Source: a bacterium (GTDB taxonomy: Bacteria > Hydrothermota > UBA3073 > JACQXS01). Taken from it: a DNA stretch of 64,000 bases. Below are positions 57,166 through 64,000 of the stretch, piece by piece. The notes beneath the pieces were generated by a model, which was not told the origin of the DNA, ran no database searches, and saw nothing but the letters and a program-made list of their open reading frames with translations. A program made the translations under genes and the position numbers. The stretch spans positions 31,483 to 95,482 of the forward strand of contig JAUWHX010000012.1 of NCBI GenBank assembly GCA_030605695.1. The letters are read 5' to 3'. How positions within the stretch are numbered: the stretch's first letter is position 1; each line of letters starts with the position of its first letter.

Positions 57166-57394
57166 AAGAGTAAAGAAGGTTATTGTAGAAGTGCTGAGTA
57201 TAAAAGAGACAGAAGTTTTCCCAGAAACTTCTTTTATAGACAATCTGGGAGTAGATAGTCTTGATTATGTTGCACTACTTCAAGCACTTGAAGTAGAGTT
57301 TAATATCCAGATCCCAGACTCAGATGCCGAAAAAATCGGAACGGCGAGAGATACAGCGGAGTATCTTCGTGCAAGGTTGCCAGCAAACGAATAA
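57152..57394 (+). CDS. acyl carrier protein (copy 2)
   Basis: 80 aa. FIDNLGVDSLDYVALLQALEVEFNIQI. Overlaps the PlsC copy 2 end by 14 nt. Confidence 0.85.
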   Translation: MSVFERVKKVIVEVLSIKETEVFPETSFIDNLGVDSLDYVALLQALEVEFNIQIPDSDAEKIGTARDTAEYLRARLPANE

Positions 57395-57433
57395 TCTCAA
57401 ACAAAACAATGGGGAGATATCAGCTTTTAGCCA

Positions 57434-58582
57434 TTAAAAGCAATAGAAGAATATAGTCTCCACATCCTTGGCGTCAAGTGTCTTTAAACTGCCCAAAGGA
57501 GACATACGCATTGACATCTCTGCGAGGACAGGGATTTCCTCCTCTTTCACGCCAAAGCCCTTAAATGAGGTCTCTAATCCTATGGAGATGAACCACTCTT
57601 TTAGTCTCTGTATTCCTGCCTCCGGATTATCTATGCCCCATATTTTTTGAGAAAATCTGGTTATCTTCTTTTCTGCATAAGGCATCATATATTTAAGCCA
57701 GGCAGGAAAAATTATTGCAAGCCCTGCCCCATGTGCAATCTCTGGGTGAATACCACTTAAGGAATGTTCTAACATATGGCTTGACCAGTCTCCCGGCTCC
57801 CTGCCTATTCCGTTCACTCCATTGAGTGCAAACAATGCAGACAATATAACTTGGGCTCGTGCGTGATAATCATCTGGGTTTTTAATCAGTGTCGGAGTAA
57901 AGGAAATCACTGTTCTTAAAATCCCTTCAGAAAACTCATCTTGCAATTCCGTTTCCTCCTCGCCACAGAAATATAGCTCAAAAATATGAGCAATAATATC
58001 AGAAGCACCTGCGGAAGTCTGATAATTAGGGAGCGTAAATTGCAATACAGGGTCAAGTATAGAGACTCTGGGATAAACCGCAGTAGATGTAAAATAAAAC
58101 TTCTCTCTTGTGTCTTCGTTTGTTACAACCGTTGAGGGATTCATTTCGGAGCCAGTTGCAGATAGAGTTAGCACAACAAATATAGGCAATGCCTTCTCCA
58201 CCCGTGCCTTGCGTTGAAAGACTTGCCAGAAATCGCCATCAAAAAATACACCTCCAGCAATCGCTTTTACGCTATCTACTACACTGCCACCACCAACTGC
58301 AAGGATAGCCCCTACGCCCTCTTTTTTGCATATTTCAATCCCCTCAAGCACCTTTGAGAAAACAGGATTTGGTCTTATCCCGCTTAATTCTACATATTGA
58401 ATATTCTCCTTGCTCAAAGAAGTTACTACTTTATCGTATGTGCCAGTGTTTTTTATGCTGCCCTGCCCATAGGCAAGAAGCACTTTATTATATCCAGCAG
58501 ATTTAATCTCTTTGCCAACCTCAAGCACTTTGTCCTTGCCAAAAACAATCTTTGTAGGATTATGAAATACAAAATCTTTCAT
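57434..58582 (-). CDS. iron-containing (group III) alcohol dehydrogenase, butanol-dehydrogenase/YqhD-like
   Basis: Start at MKDFVFHNPTKIVFGKDKV. GAILAVGGGSVVDSVKA. His cluster AHIFE...HMLEHSLSGIHPEIAHGAGLA. The track ORF adds 45 N-terminal codons from a TTG that overlaps the upstream stop as TTGA. Confidence 0.8.
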   Translation of the reverse strand: MKDFVFHNPTKIVFGKDKVLEVGKEIKSAGYNKVLLAYGQGSIKNTGTYDKVVTSLSKENIQYVELSGIRPNPVFSKVLEGIEICKKEGVGAILAVGGGSVVDSVKAIAGGVFFDGDFWQVFQRKARVEKALPIFVVLTLSATGSEMNPSTVVTNEDTREKFYFTSTAVYPRVSILDPVLQFTLPNYQTSAGASDIIAHIFELYFCGEEETELQDEFSEGILRTVISFTPTLIKNPDDYHARAQVILSALFALNGVNGIGREPGDWSSHMLEHSLSGIHPEIAHGAGLAIIFPAWLKYMMPYAEKKITRFSQKIWGIDNPEAGIQRLKEWFISIGLETSFKGFGVKEEEIPVLAEMSMRMSPLGSLKTLDAKDVETIFFYCF

Positions 58583-58713
58583 CTGTTTCTTCTGTAGGTT
58601 AAGCAATGGGGTAGGAAAGTCAAGCAAAAAGTGTTTTTGAGTTCTCTTTGATTGGCAATTCACCTCGTAAGGGACTGAAGGTCTCACGGGGTTCCTGGTT
58701 GGAAGTGAGCGAA

Positions 58714-59712
58714 TCAATTACCTCTACATATACTTTCGTAAACCTTTATGTATTTTTTGCCAATTTTATCATGTCTGAATTCAGATAAGACAAAATCTTT
58801 CCCTTTCAGATTCGGCTCCATTTTAGCGAGCGCAAGCTTAAGTTCCCGGGATATATCTTCTATGCGTTTGACCTGAGAACAATGAGGCATAAAATAGTTC
58901 CAGATAACCCATTTCCCGCGTGCGAGTGCTTCCAAAACCATAGAACTGAGCCCATCATGCTGGGGAAATCTCAAAAGCACTGACACCTCTTCCCATACCT
59001 TGTCCATATTGCTGACCCATCCATGATAATGAATGTTTACATAAATGGGTAGGGACCCGCTATGACATGTTCCTACGACATGAAATTCTACATCTTGAAA
59101 TACCCTGGCGAACTCAAGAACCTCAGCACCCCGATGGAAATCTACTCTATCCCAAGGTATATACACAAGAACTCCTTGTCTGCCTGCAACTGACAATTGG
59201 CTATGAATTGGTGGAATGGTCGGCAAGTAATTTGCAAGAATCCCTGCTTCTTTGAGTTCTCTGACTAAATGAGGAGAGTTTGCAAACTGGATATGAATTA
59301 ACAAGTCAGTAATTCGGGCAAGGAGCTTTGAACGAGCATTTTTTGTCACGCTCAGCACATCTGTTCCAATCCAGTGATTAACAATTTTCTTCCTCCACAA
59401 GCGAGTCCAGATGAGAAGTTTTATTCTTTGATATCCAGAAATAAAGTGAATAATCTCAAACTTTTGGAGCTTTCTCGTGAATTCAACTATCTTTTTCGGA
59501 TTTAGTCCAACTCTATGAGCAGGTAAAAGTTCTGCCTCTACCCCTACTCTCTTGAGCATATCTACCAAATATCTGCCGGGGATTTGAAATTGAGAAATTA
59601 CAAGGATTCGTGGCACTATATCTTTAGGTCTTGCTTTTTTAACAGAGAAAGCTCGGGCTTTCCCTATCCACCTATCTGTATCATTCTGTAGCTCATTTTG
59701 ATAAGTAATCAA
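58714..59712 (-). CDS. GT-B-fold glycosyltransferase-like protein (tentative)
   Basis: 332 aa. C-terminal LLRFPQHDGLSSMVLEALARGKWVIWN resembles the GT1/GT4 EX7E region. The N-half is not recognised. Confidence 0.45.
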   Translation of the reverse strand: MITYQNELQNDTDRWIGKARAFSVKKARPKDIVPRILVISQFQIPGRYLVDMLKRVGVEAELLPAHRVGLNPKKIVEFTRKLQKFEIIHFISGYQRIKLLIWTRLWRKKIVNHWIGTDVLSVTKNARSKLLARITDLLIHIQFANSPHLVRELKEAGILANYLPTIPPIHSQLSVAGRQGVLVYIPWDRVDFHRGAEVLEFARVFQDVEFHVVGTCHSGSLPIYVNIHYHGWVSNMDKVWEEVSVLLRFPQHDGLSSMVLEALARGKWVIWNYFMPHCSQVKRIEDISRELKLALAKMEPNLKGKDFVLSEFRHDKIGKKYIKVYESICRGN

Positions 59713-60634
59713 GTAATTCTTGCATATCAGAAGGCAATGGAGCTTGAAGGCTTATCTCTTTTTTGCTTATCGGATGTGTGAATGCAAGAGACTCTGCATG
59801 TAATGCTTGACGAGTCATTATCTGCACAATCTTGTTAAACTCGGATAAGGGAACTTCTGACGGGCGAGCTCTCCCATCATATGTTAAGTCTCCCACAACA
59901 GGGTGATTCAAATGAGAAAGGTGAACCCTTATCTGATGAGTTCTTCCTGTCTCAAGCTTTACCGCAAGATGGGTTATATACTTAAATTCCTTGATAGTCT
60001 TAAAATAAGTAACGGCACTTCTTGAGCGAAGAGGAGTTACCGCCATTTGCTTTCTCTCAATCGTATGTCTTCCAATAGGCGCATCTATTGTTCCTTCTGG
60101 AAGTCCCATTTTTCCCCACACAAATGCAATATATTTGCGTTTAAATTTATGTAGCTCAACATCACGGGCAAGGAGAGTTAAGGCAATATCTGATTTTGCA
60201 AATACCAACAGTCCACTAGTATGCTGGTCCAGACGATGCAGGACTCCGGGTCTTGTCCGTTCAGTTTGAAAGCTAAGGTCACAGTGATGGAGAAGAGCAT
60301 TTACAAGTGTTCCGGTAGGATGCCCAGGCGCCGGATGAGTTACCATACCGGGTGGTTTATTTACTACGATTACATCTGCGTCCTCATACGCGATATCAAG
60401 AGGAATTGCTTCTGGGATAACTTTAAATCTGGTGGGCTTTTCGTAATTTACAACAACTTTATCCCCGGGATTCAGGTTTGTATGAACTTTTACTGGATGG
60501 TCATTTACAAGGACAGCTCCATCCAGAATTAGTCTCTGAATCCGAGTCCTTGACACACCAATCCCTGCTTTGTATAAATACTTATCGAGTCGTATTTTCT
60601 CTTTGGGTCTTGCTATTCTTGTAAATTCAGTCAT
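59693..60634 (-). CDS. rluD: 23S rRNA pseudouridine synthase, RluD family
   Basis: S4 domain (IRLDKYLYKAGIGVSRTRIQRLI), catalytic HRLDQHTSGLLVFAK, THQIRVHL. Confidence 0.9.
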   Translation of the reverse strand: MTEFTRIARPKEKIRLDKYLYKAGIGVSRTRIQRLILDGAVLVNDHPVKVHTNLNPGDKVVVNYEKPTRFKVIPEAIPLDIAYEDADVIVVNKPPGMVTHPAPGHPTGTLVNALLHHCDLSFQTERTRPGVLHRLDQHTSGLLVFAKSDIALTLLARDVELHKFKRKYIAFVWGKMGLPEGTIDAPIGRHTIERKQMAVTPLRSRSAVTYFKTIKEFKYITHLAVKLETGRTHQIRVHLSHLNHPVVGDLTYDGRARPSEVPLSEFNKIVQIMTRQALHAESLAFTHPISKKEISLQAPLPSDMQELLDYLSK

Positions 60635-60808
60635 CTTTTAAAATCTACTTCTACAAAAACATTCCGTCAACATTTTTTATCCAAGAACCCGAAACCTTTT
60701 TTAAACCACAGAGGGCACAGAGAAATAGATTGAGTTCAAAGGGAAAAAAGTGAAACCCCAAAAGGTAAAGTGCTTGACATTTTGGCTTTATTCCCTATGG
60801 TCTGACAG

Positions 60809-61210
60809 ATGGGAATTTTCATATTTCTTGTCTTGCTCGCCGAGCCATCAGATTCTTTTATACAAGGTGGGTTGAAGCCCTCGCTTCAACCTAATGAGTC
60901 CATCGTGGGGAAGAAATATAGCGGGCAGACACATATATCTGCCCCAGCAACAGATAGATGGATTGGGCGTGATAAGTTTCATCACTTTTCTTATTCGCTT
61001 GGGATTACAGGACTTTCATACCACGTTTATCATTGCCAGTTTAATAACCCAAATCCAGAGGCAAGATATTTTTCTATCTCCCTTACGGCAGTAGCGGGAA
61101 TTTCAAAAGAGTTTTATGATAAGTTTTATAAAAAAAGCAGTTTCTCTTATAAAGACCTTGTCTGGAATGCAGTTGGCATAACAGTTGGCAGTCTTTTGTT
61201 CTTGAGATAA
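60809..61210 (+). CDS. hypothetical protein (DUF2279/YfiM-like, tentative)
   Basis: 133 aa. DRWIGRDKFHHFSYSLGITGLSY...YKDLVWNAVGITVGSLLF. Confidence 0.4.
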   Translation: MGIFIFLVLLAEPSDSFIQGGLKPSLQPNESIVGKKYSGQTHISAPATDRWIGRDKFHHFSYSLGITGLSYHVYHCQFNNPNPEARYFSISLTAVAGISKEFYDKFYKKSSFSYKDLVWNAVGITVGSLLFLR

Positions 61211-61299
61211 ACGAGAAGAAGAAAAATGAATCACAGAGAACACAAAGAAATATTTTTATTTTACTCTGTGGTCTTTGTGCCCTTTGTGGTTAAAATTAA
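61211..61299. repeat. word repeats with inverted symmetry
   Basis: AATCACAGAGAACACAAAGAAA ... CTCTGTGGTCTTTGTGCCCTTTGTGG. Confidence 0.7.
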
Positions 61300-63702
61300 A
61301 TGGAGCATATTTTCCCGCATATTAGAAAACCCTTAAGGTATATAGGAAACGAGATTGGGGCAGTGCATAAAGATTGGAACCAAACTCCTGTTAAATTTGC
61401 TCTCTCCTATCCGGACTTGTATGAACTTGGGATGAGTTGCCTTGGGATAAGAATAATCTACTCGCTCTTAAATTCAAGGGATGACACACTTTGCGAGCGA
61501 GTCTTTGCCCCAGCTCTTGACCTTGAAGAAGCTCTACTTAAGACAAACACTCCTCTCTTTTCTATGGAATCAGGAACTCCATTAAAGAAATTTGATTGCA
61601 TTGGCTTTTCTCTGCAATACGAACTTACATTTACCAATGTCTTAAATATACTAAAACTCTCGCAAGTCCCTATTCATAGAGAAGAGCGAGGCGAGACTGA
61701 CCCTCTTATTATTGCTGGTGGGAGTTGCACCTCAAATCCAGCACCAATAGCAAGGTTTTTTGACTGCCTCTTCGTAGGAGAAGCTGAACATTCGTTGCCA
61801 AAATTTATAGACCTTGTGCGAGAGTGGAAAAGCAAAAAACTAACTCGGCAGGAGCTACTTAAAGAAGCATCCCGGATACGAGGAATCTTTGTTCCCTGGA
61901 TTAGCAAAAATGCGACTCGTGGCTTTTGTGAGGAGCTACAGAATGATTCTGTCATCGGCGGGGCAATTCTCCCTTTTGTAGAAATTACGCGTGATTCTCT
62001 TGTAGTTGAAATTGCAAGGGGATGCACTCGTGGATGCAGATTCTGTCAAGCAGGTATGATTTCAAGACCTTACAAGGAAAGGCAAGCAAAGTCTGTGATA
62101 GAGCTTGTTAAGGCAGGAATCAAGGAGACGGGTTATAGTACTGCCTCGCTTCTTTCTCTTTCTGCAAGTGACCACTCTGAGCTTATCCCAATAATTCAGG
62201 GAATTCGCAGACAGGGTATAGGAGTTTCACTTCCTTCACTTCGTGGAGATGCACTAACGGCTGAGCTTGCAAAACTGATAGGAAAAGGCGGAATAACTAT
62301 TGCTCCTGAAACTGGGACCGAGAGGTTAAGAGAAAAAATCAACAAGCCGATATCTGATGATGAAATCTTAAATTCCTGTGAGCTTGCGGCTCGTTATGGG
62401 TTTACTCATATCAAGTTATATTACATAATTGGGCTACCGGGAGAAACACAGCAAGATATAGATGGAATAGTGAACCTCACCCACCGCATCTCAAAAGCAA
62501 TGAAAGGAAGGCGAGTAAATGCATCTCTTTCTCCTTTTGTTCCAAGACCCCATACGCCGTTTCAATGGGAAGCCCAAGAAAGAGACGAGGAAGTGGAACA
62601 CAAAATAAAATATATCAAGAACAAGCTCCGACATGGAAATATAAGAGTAAAACACAGAAATCCCTTGATGGCTATGCTTGAAGGAATATTCGCAAGAGGA
62701 GATGAGAAAATAGCAGGAGCAATAGAAGTGGCGTGGGAAAATGGAGCAAAGTTTGATGGATGGGGCGACCAGTTTAACTTTAATCTATGGGAAGAAGTGT
62801 TTCAAAAGCTTGGAATAAATCCTTCCGCTTATTTAGGCAGGCGAGAGATAAATTCTCCTCTCTCGTGGGATTTGATAGATGTGGGAGTCAAAAAAGACTG
62901 GCTAAAGGAGGAAGGGCAGAAACAGGAACCAACTTTAGATTGCCGAATTATAGGGTGTTATAAGTGTGGAGCTTGTAAGTCTCCTAATCCTGTGCCTATG
63001 CATAGGGGTGAGGTTTTTTTGACCTCGCCCTCATTCACAGAATCCGATGGACGGGATATAAGCTATGGAAGACCCCCAAAACGCAAAACATCAACTTATG
63101 TTAAGTTAAGATTTAGAGTAAGGTTTGAGAAAACAGAGCCCTTGAGATTCCTGGGGCATCTTGACCTTGTGAAGACAATCACCCGAGCATTCAGGAGAGC
63201 CGATATTCCAATTGTATATTCTCAAGGATTCACCAGGCGACCCAGCATTTCATTTTCTCCACCACTTCCGTTTGGGATAACGAGTAAGGAAGAATATTTT
63301 GACATCTGGCTTGAATCACCTCCCCGCGAGGACATTAAGCTCTTGCTCAACCAAACTCTCCCCGTTGGACTTAAGGCATTACAGGTAACTTCAATATTAA
63401 AAAGCACTCCTTCTTTGTTTGAGGAGCTCAAGAAATGTAAATACAGGATAGCCGATATAAGTGTGTCAGATGTCTTGAAAAGAATACAAGAATTTATGGC
63501 GAAGAAGGAAGTGTTGGTGCGGGATGTAAACATCCGCCCTGCGGTGATTGATATAGAGGAAGAAACGGCATTCGCAAACAGGAGTTTGCTTCTACATATG
63601 CAAATTGGGAAAGCAAAGCCCTTGTGGGTTGTTGAAGCATTACTTGGAATCTCTGAGGATAAAGCACTGGAGTTTAAAATAGAGAGGATTGAGTATTGCT
63701 GA
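61300..63702 (+). CDS. B12-binding-domain radical SAM protein fused to a DUF2344-type domain (TIGR03960/TIGR03936-like fusion)
   Basis: 800 aa. N-terminal B12-like Rossmann region. ARGCTRGCRFCQAGM (CX3CX2C). C-terminal third VRFEKTEPLRFLGHLDLVKTITRAFRRADIPIVYSQGF. Confidence 0.75.
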   Translation: MEHIFPHIRKPLRYIGNEIGAVHKDWNQTPVKFALSYPDLYELGMSCLGIRIIYSLLNSRDDTLCERVFAPALDLEEALLKTNTPLFSMESGTPLKKFDCIGFSLQYELTFTNVLNILKLSQVPIHREERGETDPLIIAGGSCTSNPAPIARFFDCLFVGEAEHSLPKFIDLVREWKSKKLTRQELLKEASRIRGIFVPWISKNATRGFCEELQNDSVIGGAILPFVEITRDSLVVEIARGCTRGCRFCQAGMISRPYKERQAKSVIELVKAGIKETGYSTASLLSLSASDHSELIPIIQGIRRQGIGVSLPSLRGDALTAELAKLIGKGGITIAPETGTERLREKINKPISDDEILNSCELAARYGFTHIKLYYIIGLPGETQQDIDGIVNLTHRISKAMKGRRVNASLSPFVPRPHTPFQWEAQERDEEVEHKIKYIKNKLRHGNIRVKHRNPLMAMLEGIFARGDEKIAGAIEVAWENGAKFDGWGDQFNFNLWEEVFQKLGINPSAYLGRREINSPLSWDLIDVGVKKDWLKEEGQKQEPTLDCRIIGCYKCGACKSPNPVPMHRGEVFLTSPSFTESDGRDISYGRPPKRKTSTYVKLRFRVRFEKTEPLRFLGHLDLVKTITRAFRRADIPIVYSQGFTRRPSISFSPPLPFGITSKEEYFDIWLESPPREDIKLLLNQTLPVGLKALQVTSILKSTPSLFEELKKCKYRIADISVSDVLKRIQEFMAKKEVLVRDVNIRPAVIDIEEETAFANRSLLLHMQIGKAKPLWVVEALLGISEDKALEFKIERIEYC

Positions 63703-64000
63703 TTCCAGGTAATACATTAATTTTTGGAACCACAGATAAACGCTGATGCGCGCAGATATAGATTAACCACAAAGGGCACAAAGAAATACAAATTACACGA
63801 AAAAGATTAGTACACAGATTCACCCCGTTTCCGTGCGGAACGGGGTTCACACAGATTAAAAAGATAATCACAGAATGGGCTGATGGGTTAAGAGTTCAAA
63901 GGGTTTAAAGGTTCAAAGGGCTAGGAGTTTAAGGGTTTAAAGGGTTAGGGGGTTAGAGTTTTTCGGGTTTGGGGTCGCGGGTCATCAGGTCTCGTATCCC
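63703..64000. repeat. tandem word repeats ending in a G-tract-rich block
   Basis: CCACAGATAAACGCTGATGCGCGCAGATATAG, CCACAAAGGGCACAAAGAAATACAAATTACACG, hairpin CCCCGTT-TCCGTGCGG-AACGGGG, then GGGTTAAGAGTTCAAAGGGTTTAAAGGTTCAAAGGGCTAGGAGTTTAAGGGTTTAAAGGGTTAGGGGGTTAGAG..GGGTTTGGGGTCGCGGGTC. Confidence 0.8.

Noticed and set aside
57434-58717. Full-length 427-aa version of the alcohol dehydrogenase ORF (TTG start overlapping the upstream stop)
   Set aside because: The first 45 residues have no counterpart in Fe-ADH proteins, which begin near MKDFVFHNPTKIVFG. ATG 58582 is preferred, although the TTGA coupling leaves some doubt.
63815-63850. Hairpin CCCCGTT-TCCGTGCGG-AACGGGG as an intrinsic terminator
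   Set aside because: No T-run follows on either strand. It lies 110 nt past the upstream stop inside a repeat block, so its function is unclear.

Overview
This is a roughly 40% GC chromosomal segment from an uncultivated bacterium. Three proteins carry type-IX-secretion (T9SS) C-terminal sorting domains, which suggests the FCB group or a related candidate phylum; that placement is inference only. Most of the window is housekeeping: tRNA-Gly, tRNA-Val, thrS-infC-rpmI-rplT, zapA, rny-ymdB, a partial V-type ATPase operon, a serC-like/serA/DUF1015 operon, hup, accB-accC, rpmF, ligA, tmRNA, a fused thyX, an otsB/TreT-like trehalose operon, ileS, lspA, serS-rph-queF and rluD. No transposase, integrase, CRISPR or recognisable defence gene was found. 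The most system-like feature is a 14.6 kb co-directional locus at 42.7-57.4 kb. It encodes TetR (with two matching palindromic operators), a radical-SAM enzyme translationally coupled to an acyl carrier protein (ACP), an MMPL/HAE3 exporter, a T9SS-tagged glycosidase-like protein, a LolA-like protein, two outer-membrane barrels, three LPLAT-type acyltransferases and a second ACP. It also contains relics of gene 3' ends that point to past segmental duplication. I interpret it as an uncharacterised pathway for modifying an acyl lipid and exporting it to the outer membrane. The second theme is degenerate 7-9 bp tandem 'word' repeats (STRR-like) that fill nearly every intergenic spacer. Similar repeats also sit in frame inside thrS, ymdB, ileS, serS and other genes. 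A separate array of eight to nine 21-bp units, each carrying the palindrome AGTGAA-N3-TTCACT, lies at 31.56-31.75 kb.
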